A program made the position numbers and the translations under genes. A DNA stretch of 64,000 bases, from assembly GCA_965237905.1 (NCBI GenBank), contig OZ250172.1, positions 480,001 through 544,000 of the forward strand. Reading direction: 5' to 3'. This document shows, one piece after another, positions 30,652 to 39,886 of this stretch (position 1 is its first letter; every line of letters starts with the position of its first letter). Under the pieces are notes generated by a model. It saw nothing but the letters and a program-made list of their open reading frames with translations. It was not told where the DNA came from and did not search any database. The DNA is from Nitrospinaceae bacterium (lineage in GTDB: Bacteria; Nitrospinota; Nitrospinia; Nitrospinales; Nitrospinaceae).

Positions 30652-32001
30652 TTAGCCTTCCGGCTGGGTGTTACTAATAAAATCCACCAAGTTCTCAAGC
30701 GCACTGACGGATAATTTGTTGGCGAAGTCCTGAGGCATGAGATCTTGCGGAAACGACTCCCCGGCCTCTTTGTTAAACACGATATATGCGTTGGGGTTCA
30801 GAATGGACTCCCTGACGTAATCGCGCCCCGACCTGGCCTTGCCTTTATATTTCGGATCCTTGATCCGGTTGGGGGCGTTGATCTTCTCATGCAGTTTGGG
30901 TCCCAACTCGCCCTCCGCCCCTTCAACACCCGGAATGGTGTGACACAGCGGACAACCCAAAGTGTTGATCATAGCCACAACACAGCTCGGCTCGCTACAA
31001 GTTTCGATGGCGGACGGAGGAGGACCATCAATCTTAACCACTCCTTCTCCCCTACTCTCCGGCAGTGGAATAGTCACATTGTCGAACTCACCCGGCGTGT
31101 CTTTCGACTGGAGCCAGGCGAGAACTGAATTCAACTCATATTTACCCAAACTGATCGGAGGCTTGCTGATAACCGGCATCGGGCTTTTGGTATCACCTGC
31201 TTTACCATAGGTTTTAACCACATAGCAGGACGGACACATCAGCGATTCGCGCAGATAGTCTTCCCCAATCAATTCTGTAGGATCGTCCCGGCGGTATTCC
31301 TCAGGAATCTGGTCGGGCTCGCCCTTCACAATCTGGGTGGCTCCGTCGGTTTCACCGATCTTGATCGGTTCGTTCAGATACCGGTCTTCCTTGATCCGGG
31401 TATGACTGCGTTCCTCAACACCAAACAGGTTGGGACAACGTCCGATGTTATCGCCAGGATCGAAGGTGTGGCAGAGAGGACATTGACCTTTACCGATGGC
31501 TTTGTTACCCCCCGTCGGCGGGGGACCGAATACGATGAACCGGCCCTCCTCTACATATTCCTCCAGGGTTTCCGCGACTTCTCCTTCACCCTCCTTAACT
31601 ACAACCGGAGGATCACTTCTTTGTTGCGGCAACCAGTTGGTGTAACCGGCGAGAAGGATGGAAATGGTGGCATAGAAAAACGCGGCCCGGATCAGCGGGG
31701 GAGACTGATTTTCAATATTCTCACTCTTGAAGAATAGCCCCCAGGTGAGCAGGGTCAAAAATACCGCCAACACCTGGTAGGAAATAAATCCCAGTTGCTC
31801 TTGCTGGGTTAGCTCGAACATGTGGTTGGTCAACAACAGATTGGTGATGAGCCCTGCGCCGAAAACCGTCCCCCACAATACCGTATTCGTTCCCGCCCGC
31901 TCCCGGCAATTCTGAATCACATTGATGAACGCGAATAGCGAGAACAAAGTGAAAATGATTGTGGTGAACGTCCACAGGATGTCTGCTTGTTCAGGAAGCA
32001 T
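30652..32001 (-). CDS. Membrane-bound dihaem cytochrome c (tandem duplicated domain)
   Basis: Four N-terminal TM helices; two CPLCH motifs each followed by DY[LV]RES[LI] and a later MP. Confidence 0.85.
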   Translation of the reverse strand: MLPEQADILWTFTTIIFTLFSLFAFINVIQNCRERAGTNTVLWGTVFGAGLITNLLLTNHMFELTQQEQLGFISYQVLAVFLTLLTWGLFFKSENIENQSPPLIRAAFFYATISILLAGYTNWLPQQRSDPPVVVKEGEGEVAETLEEYVEEGRFIVFGPPPTGGNKAIGKGQCPLCHTFDPGDNIGRCPNLFGVEERSHTRIKEDRYLNEPIKIGETDGATQIVKGEPDQIPEEYRRDDPTELIGEDYLRESLMCPSCYVVKTYGKAGDTKSPMPVISKPPISLGKYELNSVLAWLQSKDTPGEFDNVTIPLPESRGEGVVKIDGPPPSAIETCSEPSCVVAMINTLGCPLCHTIPGVEGAEGELGPKLHEKINAPNRIKDPKYKGKARSGRDYVRESILNPNAYIVFNKEAGESFPQDLMPQDFANKLSVSALENLVDFISNTQPEG

Positions 32002-32063
32002 CCTTCTCTCCTCTCATTCTTTGGTATATTTAAAAAAAGTTAAACTCGTAACTCTAATAACCG

Positions 32064-34037
32064 TTATTGCTGTTGCTGGGCTGGCACGGGAACGCCTTCC
32101 GGCACCTTGGCCGCGGTCTTCTTACCCGTCAAACCACCGACCCAGAACACGACGACGAACTGCACCCATACGAACAACGCGTTGAACGACAGCATTTTAC
32201 CCGCTTCACCGATGGTCAGCGTGTAAGCGTCCACTGAGTTGTCACGCACCACTTCCGTGACATGCCAGAACAAGCGAACGGCGGACCGGATGTAGCCCAT
32301 CAGGCCCATCAGCCAGGTAAAGGAAATCGCCAGCAGGAAAATCGCGTAGGTTGCCACTCGCGACTGGGTTCCCCACTCAATCTCTCCGTACGAATCGGCG
32401 TCCTTGAACATGGAGATATTGATCGCCGTCCCGGCAAACAGGGTCGTCAGCGTACTGGTCACCTGCGGCACCGACAGACCTACCCGCTGGTTGGCTGGAA
32501 GGAGGTATCCGTAATAGCCAAGGAACATGATGTTGCACGCCGCCAGAACAAAGATAGCGGAGATCCAGGCATTCCCCTGGGTCGCCCAACTGACGTTGAT
32601 CTTCTTGTTCGCCCTCTGATACAACAGAAAACAAAGAATCGTGGTTACGATCATCAGGTTCACCGCGGTGTTCTTGGCGGACATTACGCCAAAGTGACCG
32701 ACCACGGGATGCTGTGCGCCACCCATATCCTTCAACTCCGCCGGAGTCATAACGATGGTGTGCGGGGTCATCCACATGGTGAAACAAACGATCAACAACA
32801 GAACCATGTATTTCGCGTATTTCATGTACCGGTGCGAACCTTTGACCCGGGACATGGAGTTATGCAGATAGGAGTTGGCTCCAAAGAACAGGAGACCGAT
32901 CATTACCGCCTGAATGATGAACAACCAGGCCATGATGCCGCCCATGAGGGTGATTCCCATCTGTTGACGGAAAGCATAAACCTCCTTCATCAGCCAGTAG
33001 CCGGCAAACGGCAGGGGAATCAAACCGAAGATCGCGATGAACATCGCGATGTAACACACCCAGTCATAGTGGGCTTTCTCTTCAGCGGTTTTAGCGGTGA
33101 GATAATGATAAGCCGCATACGCGCCGACGATACCGCCGCCGAACACGATGTTGCCTAGAATACGATGGACCCCAACCGGATTCCACAACGTGGAATGGAT
33201 GACGTGCCAGATATTGCCCAGGAACCGGCCCTCTTCATCGATCCCGCCGGGCGCCTGCATGAAAGTCGCCCAGGAGTTGGCCAGATACATCAGAACGGTA
33301 CCGACCAGGTTCAGGAGAACGGAAAGACTGCAGTGAATCCATTTCAGGAACGGGTCGCCCTTCATCCTCTCCCAGCCATAGTAATAAACGTACAAAATGC
33401 CGCTCTCCGCCAGGAACATCAAAGCGTACACATGCATAACAGGGCGGAAAATACCGGCCATGTATTTGAAAAATCCGGGGAATAGAGTGATGAACGTAAA
33501 CAGCAGAATACCACCCAAAATTGCCGTCCAGGAATATGCGGTCAGGCTGACTTTCATCAGGTCCTGCGCCAGTTTGTCGTATTTCTCCGACAGAACCGGA
33601 TCGCTTTCCTTGGTGCGGATACCGACAAATTCGATGAGCATACAAAAGATCGGAACCGCCAGTACGAAACTCCCGAAATAGAGATGCTGTTGGTTCGCCA
33701 TCCAGAGTAACATTCGGCTAGGCGCAAATTCATAGTTGTTGTAGTCCGACTCCCCCAATTCCGGGGCAGGAAAACCACTGACTGGACCTTTCAAAGGATT
33801 ACCTTCCCAATCCTTATAGAAAACGTCCTGACTCCATTCGATCGCGGGCTCGCCACCTTCTTCCGTGCCTTCCTCAGCGAGGACTTCTTTCGCGAAAGCC
33901 TCTTCCGCAAAAGCCTGTTCCGCAAACGCCTCCTTGGCGAAAGCCTGGCCGCTCAGGGCCGGAACAAAAAACAGAGTCACTGCCAGAACAAGTGCCCACG
34001 GGAGCCACTTGATACTTCTAGCTTTAGAATTAAACAT
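32064..34037 (-). CDS. Cytochrome bd-like oxidase subunit I (CydA-like)
   Basis: Polytopic; QHLYFGSFVLAVP, FLAES, ANSWATFMQAPGG, VHRILGN correspond to CydA helices and His haem ligands; no CydB adjacent. Confidence 0.8.
   Translation of the reverse strand: MFNSKARSIKWLPWALVLAVTLFFVPALSGQAFAKEAFAEQAFAEEAFAKEVLAEEGTEEGGEPAIEWSQDVFYKDWEGNPLKGPVSGFPAPELGESDYNNYEFAPSRMLLWMANQQHLYFGSFVLAVPIFCMLIEFVGIRTKESDPVLSEKYDKLAQDLMKVSLTAYSWTAILGGILLFTFITLFPGFFKYMAGIFRPVMHVYALMFLAESGILYVYYYGWERMKGDPFLKWIHCSLSVLLNLVGTVLMYLANSWATFMQAPGGIDEEGRFLGNIWHVIHSTLWNPVGVHRILGNIVFGGGIVGAYAAYHYLTAKTAEEKAHYDWVCYIAMFIAIFGLIPLPFAGYWLMKEVYAFRQQMGITLMGGIMAWLFIIQAVMIGLLFFGANSYLHNSMSRVKGSHRYMKYAKYMVLLLIVCFTMWMTPHTIVMTPAELKDMGGAQHPVVGHFGVMSAKNTAVNLMIVTTILCFLLYQRANKKINVSWATQGNAWISAIFVLAACNIMFLGYYGYLLPANQRVGLSVPQVTSTLTTLFAGTAINISMFKDADSYGEIEWGTQSRVATYAIFLLAISFTWLMGLMGYIRSAVRLFWHVTEVVRDNSVDAYTLTIGEAGKMLSFNALFVWVQFVVVFWVGGLTGKKTAAKVPEGVPVPAQQQQ
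33870..33944 (-). repeat. Five imperfect 15-bp in-frame tandem repeats (AFAKE/AFAEQ/AFAEE/AFAKE/VLAEE)
   Basis: GCTTTCGCCAAGGAG, GCGTTTGCGGAACAG, GCTTTTGCGGAAGAG, GCTTTCGCGAAAGAA, GTCCTCGCTGAGGAA. Confidence 0.85.
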
Positions 34038-34332
34038 TGCCTAACCTCCTTAAGGGGATCTCTGGATATCCTAGGATTTTCAATTCAAACCGGTATATTT
34101 TCAAACTTGTTTTTCCAAATCGTTTCAGCATTTTCAAGTCAAGTCCTCAATACCCTTATTAACCTCATTATTTTCGCTCAAAAGGCAACTCAAAGGGATA
34201 TTTTATTCCCATGATTGACTCCACGGCTTAAGCGCGCGGCGGCCATAATGCTCTAACTAACTGACCCTAAAGGACTTGCGGTGATGGCGGAATTGGCGTA
34301 CTTCTTCACCATCCAAATAAAAAGTCGCAGAT

Positions 34333-34361
34333 ATTTAACATAAAGGGCTGAAAGGTGTCAA
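34333..34361 (-). promoter_or_regulatory. Putative sigma70 promoter of the bd-like oxidase operon
   Basis: Minus strand TTGACA-N17-TTAAAT. Confidence 0.5.
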
Positions 34362-34422
34362 GTGAATTTGTAAAATTTCAAAATTCAGGCCTTTTCAGCA
34401 AAAACCCACCTAAAAAAGCAGT

Positions 34423-35706
34423 TCAGGATATTCGAATTTGGACGGCCTTGGCATGCGCATCCAAGTCCTCCATTTCCGCCAGAATCCGGCACGTTTTCCC
34501 GGCTTGGACCAAAGCCTCCCGGCTGTAAGTGATCAAACTGGTCCGTTTCACAAAATCATATACGCCCAGGGGAGATGAGAACCGGGCCGTGCCACTGGTG
34601 GGAAGCACATGGTTGGGCCCCGCGAGGTAATCTCCGATAGCTTCCGGTGTGTAATGACCCAGAAAAATAGCGCCGGCGTTTTTGATTTGTTTTGCGCATT
34701 CCTGTGGATTCTCAACAGCCAGTTCCAGATGCTCCGGGGCGATTCGGTTGGCCAGGTCCAGCGCTTCATCAAGGGAGGCAGTCACAATCAAGCGGCATTT
34801 ATTGTTCAACGATTCTTCAATAATCGCGGTCCGCTTCAACTGCTTTTTCTGCTTCTCCAATTCTTCGAGCGTGGCCTTGGCCAGAGACTCGGAAGGAGTC
34901 ACCAGAATCGGCACCGCCTCCTCATCATGCTCAGCCTGCGATAGCAAATCCGCGGCGATAAAATCGGGACGGGCAGATTCATCGGCCACCACCAGGATTT
35001 CGCTGGGCCCGGCGATCATGTCGATATCCACCAGACCGAACACCATGCGTTTCGCCAGAGCCACGTAAATATTTCCGGGGCCGACAATTTTATCGACGCG
35101 GGGAATGATGTCGGTTCCCAAGGCCATGGCGGCCACCGCCTGGGCACCTCCCACCTTGAAAATCCGGTCCACCCCGGCAATATCAGCCGCCACCAACGCA
35201 TGCGGGCTGACTTCCCCCTTGGAGGTGGGTGAACACATGATCACCTGCTCGACCCCCGCCACCCGTGCAGGAATGGCGTTCATCAACACTGAGGAAGGAT
35301 ACGACGCTTTGCCGCCCGGCACATAGATTCCGACGATGGACAACGGACGAATCGCCTGCCCGAGAGTGACCCCCTCTTCTTTATATTCCCAGGATTCCTG
35401 GACCTGCCGCGCGTGAAACCGGTTGATGTTGTCCGCCGCCAGTTTCATCGCTTTCAACTCGGCCAGATCCACCTGGTTGTAGGCTTCCTGAATTTCTTCC
35501 GGTTGGACTTCTATATCGCTCAACTGGTAATCGGTTTGATCAAACTGATTGGTGAACTTGAGCAGGGCTTCATCGCGATCCTTTTTGACGGCTTCCAGAA
35601 TGGTCCGAACAGTTTCGTCCTGCGATTGAAAATCCACATCGCACCGTTCCACCAGCGCATCGATTTCCTGCGAGTAGGTATCGTCACTATATTTGATAAT
35701 CTTCAT
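34423..35706 (-). CDS. hisD: Histidinol dehydrogenase
   Basis: GIYVPGGKASYPSS, GPGNIYV, DMIAGPSE, QAEHD, APEHLE, GPNHVLPT; ATG 35706 overlaps the upstream stop (ATGA). Confidence 0.96.
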   Translation of the reverse strand: MKIIKYSDDTYSQEIDALVERCDVDFQSQDETVRTILEAVKKDRDEALLKFTNQFDQTDYQLSDIEVQPEEIQEAYNQVDLAELKAMKLAADNINRFHARQVQESWEYKEEGVTLGQAIRPLSIVGIYVPGGKASYPSSVLMNAIPARVAGVEQVIMCSPTSKGEVSPHALVAADIAGVDRIFKVGGAQAVAAMALGTDIIPRVDKIVGPGNIYVALAKRMVFGLVDIDMIAGPSEILVVADESARPDFIAADLLSQAEHDEEAVPILVTPSESLAKATLEELEKQKKQLKRTAIIEESLNNKCRLIVTASLDEALDLANRIAPEHLELAVENPQECAKQIKNAGAIFLGHYTPEAIGDYLAGPNHVLPTSGTARFSSPLGVYDFVKRTSLITYSREALVQAGKTCRILAEMEDLDAHAKAVQIRIS

Positions 35707-36398
35707 ATCTTTGATTCGAGATGTAACTGATTTAAAAATGCCAGAGTCGCCTGCTCCTCCTTTAATAGACCGGTATGGGCCATCCATTCCAAATGGGTTT
35801 TCAGGAAGCGAAGGTCTTCTGGAAGGTCGACATCATACCACACGGGTAACAACTCCGCTTCCGCCTGTTGAGCCTTCAATACATTCAGAGTTTCCGACAA
35901 GACGCGATCGGTTCCCCAGGGAACACGTTCGAAAATATCGGTCATCTTTCCCTGCATGCCGATCAGATAATAACCGCCGTCGGTACTCGGCCCGATCACG
36001 ACATCTTTCTCCGATTGCAACGCCTGCTTAATGTAAGCCGTAGGCAGGGTCGGGCTGTCGGAACCGATGATCACCACGCGCTCGTACCCTTCCTCGAAAC
36101 GATCCTGGAAAGCCTGCCGCATCCGCTCCCCCAGGTTTGCTCCTTCCTGCACAAACAGGCGGATCGGGTAGTTGCGGGACACGTTATCGAAATAGTCCGA
36201 TACCGGCGTTGATGCAATACCGATAAAGCGATCCACTTCCATAATCGAGTCAATCTTCTCAATACTGTCGCTCAGGAAATGTTGATAGAGGCTTAAAGTA
36301 GTCTTAGAGTCCAGAAGAGAACTCAAACGGGTTTTCACCTGACCCTCCAAAGGCTCCTTTGCAAATAGAATTAATGCGCTGTAGGAACCTGTCGTCAT
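35703..36398 (-). CDS. DUF2064/TIGR04282-type putative nucleotidyl/glycosyltransferase
   Basis: FAKEP..GQVKTRL, QEGANLGERM, IIGSDSPTL, GPSTDGGYYLIG, YDVDLPEDL. Confidence 0.85.
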   Translation of the reverse strand: MTTGSYSALILFAKEPLEGQVKTRLSSLLDSKTTLSLYQHFLSDSIEKIDSIMEVDRFIGIASTPVSDYFDNVSRNYPIRLFVQEGANLGERMRQAFQDRFEEGYERVVIIGSDSPTLPTAYIKQALQSEKDVVIGPSTDGGYYLIGMQGKMTDIFERVPWGTDRVLSETLNVLKAQQAEAELLPVWYDVDLPEDLRFLKTHLEWMAHTGLLKEEQATLAFLNQLHLESKI

Positions 36399-36516
36399 TG
36401 AGGCGCTATACCCATGAAATAAATCAATTGACTCACTCTTTCAATCTCCCTAGACTTGAGCAGGTTTTGACCCAAACCGAAACACCTGCCTTTTTTATTT
36501 CCCGTACCGGAACTTT

Positions 36517-38130
36517 ATGGATTTTGACACCGCGGTATTTTACTGGATCAAGGAACATTTGCAATCCCTGACCTTGAACGCTTGGGTTGACATGTTCACG
36601 GACAAAAACAATTACCCGGTTCCTGCAATTGCCGCCGTTGTCGCCCTTTTGGTATTAAGAAAAAAACAGGCTTTCTGGTTTATCATCGTTGCCACACTGG
36701 CAATTTTGACCAACGATTTTCTCACCCACCAAATTCTGAAACCCCTGTTCGCCCGGTCCCGCCCCTGCCATGCCTTGGATATCCTGCATGCCGTCCAGTG
36801 CACCCACTCTTTTTCGTTCCCCTCTATTCAGGCGGGCAACCTGTTCGCTCTGGCCACGGTATCAGCTCTGTTTTTCCGGGGATCGGGCTGGGTGGTATTT
36901 CCTCTGGCTCTGCTGGGCAGTCTGAGCCGTATCTACTTCGGCGTTCATTATCCTTCAGATATTCTGGCAGGAGGCTTATGTGGTATTATAATAGGACTTC
37001 TGTTCTGCAAACTTTACCGGTCCCTGTTTCCTTCGTATGACTTTCAACTCCCGATCCCTGATATGAAGCAATCCCCCAAAAACATCCTGCTGATAAAACT
37101 CAGTTCACTGGGCGATGTGATTCATGCGCTGCCGTCACTCCGCACCCTGCGCCAACTGTATCCCAAGGCCCACATCGCGTGGATCGTCGAGGAAAAGTGC
37201 AAGGACCTTCTGTACAACAACCCGGATCTGGACGAGTTGATTGTAGTACGCATCCGCCACTGGCGCAGGCATTGGAATCTGCAAAGCTGGCGTGAATTCA
37301 AGGCCTGCCTGAAACTGATCCGCGGCCGATTCGATCTGGTCATCGAAATGCAGGGACTGATCAAAACCGGCGTCATCGCCTTTCTCACTCAGGCGCCGCG
37401 CATTATCGGGTTTGACAAACACGATTGCCGGGAACGCCTCAACGCCTGGTTCACACACGAAAAAATTCCTTATATGGGGAAAAAAGTTCATGTGGTCGAC
37501 CGATATCTGGCGATGATCCAGGCGCTGGGTGCTAAAACAGTATCGAATGAATTTCCCCTGATCGTCCCCGAAGCCGCTGAAGCACATATCGAGGCGTATT
37601 GGAAAGCCAACCCGGAATTATCTGCAAAGCCCACCGTCGCTATTCATCATGGAGTGGGATTCCCCACCAAGCTCTGGCCGATGGAACGGTTCGCCCAGTT
37701 GGGAGACCACATCGTGAAGGAATTGGGATTCAATGTCCTGCTCACCTGGGGCCCCGGTGAAGAAGATGCGGTAAAAAAATTGTCTTCCCAGATGAAGGAG
37801 AAGCATTGGGTGTCTCCCAAAAATACGCTGCATGAATCGATCGCCATGCTCAAGCGAATGAGTCTGTGTATCGGGTGCGATACCGGGCCGATGCACCTGT
37901 CGGCGGCGCAGGGAGTGCCGACGGTGTCGCTGTTCGGTCCGACCAACCCGGTCTACAGCCGCCCGCACGGCAGTAATCATGAAGTGGTCGTCAAACTTCA
38001 GCCTTGCAGTTTCTGCCACAAACACAGTTGCCCGACGCAGATCGAATGCATGACCGCCATCACGGTGGAAGACGTCTTTTCAGCCGTGCAAAAAAGCGCG
38101 CAGGATCACATGAACGCACGCACCGCTTGA
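36517..38130 (+). CDS. Fusion of a PAP2-family membrane phosphatase and an LPS heptosyltransferase (GT9, WaaC-like)
   Basis: N-half KPLFARSRP, SFPS, SRIYFGVHYPSD; C-half LIKLSSLGDVIH, MQGLIKT, DTGPMHLSAA..PTVSLFGPT. Confidence 0.85.
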   Translation: MDFDTAVFYWIKEHLQSLTLNAWVDMFTDKNNYPVPAIAAVVALLVLRKKQAFWFIIVATLAILTNDFLTHQILKPLFARSRPCHALDILHAVQCTHSFSFPSIQAGNLFALATVSALFFRGSGWVVFPLALLGSLSRIYFGVHYPSDILAGGLCGIIIGLLFCKLYRSLFPSYDFQLPIPDMKQSPKNILLIKLSSLGDVIHALPSLRTLRQLYPKAHIAWIVEEKCKDLLYNNPDLDELIVVRIRHWRRHWNLQSWREFKACLKLIRGRFDLVIEMQGLIKTGVIAFLTQAPRIIGFDKHDCRERLNAWFTHEKIPYMGKKVHVVDRYLAMIQALGAKTVSNEFPLIVPEAAEAHIEAYWKANPELSAKPTVAIHHGVGFPTKLWPMERFAQLGDHIVKELGFNVLLTWGPGEEDAVKKLSSQMKEKHWVSPKNTLHESIAMLKRMSLCIGCDTGPMHLSAAQGVPTVSLFGPTNPVYSRPHGSNHEVVVKLQPCSFCHKHSCPTQIECMTAITVEDVFSAVQKSAQDHMNARTA

Positions 38131-38145
38131 TAAGGAAAGCCGGTT

Positions 38146-38316
38146 ATGAGCTTTGACAAAGAACTATTGGAAATCCTGGCCTGTCCCCAGTGCAAGGGGG
38201 AGCTCACCCTCACTCCGGAAGAAGATGGGCTGGTCTGCCCGGCCTGCAAACTGAAATACCCGATCCGCGACGATGTCCCGGTCATGCTGGCCGATGAGGC
38301 CGAGCCTGTCGAATAA
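38146..38316 (+). CDS. Trm112/YcaR-family small protein (56 aa; not in the ORF track)
   Basis: Hand translation MSFDKELLEILACPQCKGELTLTPEEDGLVCPACKLKYPIRDDVPVMLADEAEPVE; AAGGA RBS. Confidence 0.9.
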   Translation: MSFDKELLEILACPQCKGELTLTPEEDGLVCPACKLKYPIRDDVPVMLADEAEPVE

Positions 38317-38367
38317 AAGCTCCATCTGACATGAAATGTTTCTTTCATATATAAAGGTGACTTTCCC

Positions 38368-39864
38368 ATGACTCAAAACACCGCTCCCCGCCCCGGCATT
38401 AAAGGTTTGATCTTCGACGAACCGGCACTGTTCGACCTCGGCTCACCCGGCCGGAAAGCCTATTCCCTGCCGTCCAGCACGATTCCCGATCCCGACCTCG
38501 AAACCCTGCTGCCGCCGGATGAAATCCGCGGCCCCGTCGAACACCTGCCGGAGTTGACGGAACTCGACGTGGTGCGCCACTTCACACGGCTTTCACAATG
38601 GAATTTCAGCATCGACGGCAATTTCTATCCGCTCGGCTCCTGCACCATGAAGTACAACCCGCGACTCAACGAAGACATGGCGCGCCTGCCCGGTCTCAGC
38701 CAGCATCATCCCTACGCTCCGGAATCGTTGTCGCAGGGAAGTTTGCAGTTGATGTTCGAGCTTCAGGAATTTCTAAAGGAAATCAGTGGCATGGACGCGG
38801 TCAGCCTGCAACCCGCCGCCGGTGCCCACGGCGAAATGACCGGCATGCTCGTCATCAAGGCTTGTCTGGAATCGCGTGGCGAAAAACGCAGTAAGGTGCT
38901 GATGCCCGACTCCGCCCACGGCACCAACCCGGCCAGCTCGGCTCTATGCGGCTACGACGTGGTGCAAATTCCGTCGGACGCGGAAGGCCAGATCGACATG
39001 GACAAACTGAAGGAGCTGATGGACGAAGACACTGCCGCCATCATGCTGACCAATCCCAACACGCTCGGCATGTTCGAGGAAAATATTCTGGAGATCACCG
39101 ACATCGTGCATTCCAAAGGCGGCCTTGTGTATTGCGACGGCGCGAATCTGAATGCACTCATGGGAATGTGCAAGGTGGGCGATACGGGAGTCGACGTTCT
39201 GCATTTCAACCTGCACAAAACATTTTCGACGCCGCATGGCGGCGGTGGACCGGGTGCGGGTCCTGTGGGCGTCAAGGATTTCCTGCAACCGTTTCTGCCG
39301 GTGCCGCATATCGAGCAGACGGAAGGTAAATACGTTTGCAATTACGATCAGCCGCAAAGTATCGGCAAAGTACGAACCTTTTACGGCAACTTCGGCGTGC
39401 TGGTGCGGGCCTACACGTATATCCGGACGCTGGGACCCGACGGCATCCGCGAAGCCTGCGAGTCGGCTGTGCTGAGCGCCAACTACATCAAGGCAAAGTT
39501 AAAAAATGAATATCACCTGCCCTACCCCGGAGCCAGCCTGCACGAATGCGTCTTTAACGATAAGGAGCAGTTGAAATACAACGTAAAAACTTTAGACATC
39601 GCCAAGATGCTGATCGATCACGGATTTCATCCGCCGACCGTTTACTTTCCGTTGATCGTGAAAGGCGCGTTGATGATCGAGCCGACCGAATCGGAGTCAA
39701 AAGAAACCCTCGACCAGTTCATCGAAGCCATGCAGGCCATCGCGAAAGAAGCCGAACAGAATCCTGCGAGTTTTCACGACGCCCCCTACCTGCCCAAAGT
39801 CTCCCGCCCCGACGAAGCCCGCGCCGCCCGCAAACCGGTGTTAAGGTGGAAGCAGGGAAATTAA
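38368..39864 (+). CDS. gcvPB: Glycine dehydrogenase (decarboxylating) subunit 2
   Basis: YPLGSCTMKYNP, QPAAGAHGE, SAHGTNPAS, NLHKTFSTPHGGGGPG, MIEPTESE. Confidence 0.96.
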   Translation: MTQNTAPRPGIKGLIFDEPALFDLGSPGRKAYSLPSSTIPDPDLETLLPPDEIRGPVEHLPELTELDVVRHFTRLSQWNFSIDGNFYPLGSCTMKYNPRLNEDMARLPGLSQHHPYAPESLSQGSLQLMFELQEFLKEISGMDAVSLQPAAGAHGEMTGMLVIKACLESRGEKRSKVLMPDSAHGTNPASSALCGYDVVQIPSDAEGQIDMDKLKELMDEDTAAIMLTNPNTLGMFEENILEITDIVHSKGGLVYCDGANLNALMGMCKVGDTGVDVLHFNLHKTFSTPHGGGGPGAGPVGVKDFLQPFLPVPHIEQTEGKYVCNYDQPQSIGKVRTFYGNFGVLVRAYTYIRTLGPDGIREACESAVLSANYIKAKLKNEYHLPYPGASLHECVFNDKEQLKYNVKTLDIAKMLIDHGFHPPTVYFPLIVKGALMIEPTESESKETLDQFIEAMQAIAKEAEQNPASFHDAPYLPKVSRPDEARAARKPVLRWKQGN

Positions 39865-39886
39865 ATAGTCCGGCTCGTTTCAAAAA

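Noticed and set aside
31221..31236. CPSCY as an atypical third haem motif in the 30652-32001 cytochrome
   Set aside because: It aligns with NPNAY in the duplicated second domain and lacks His; more likely a disulfide or incidental
34278..34301. GCGGTGATGGCGGAATTGGCGTAC resembles the 5' half of a tRNA-Leu
   Set aside because: No anticodon arm, T-loop (GTTCGA) or acceptor-stem complement follows
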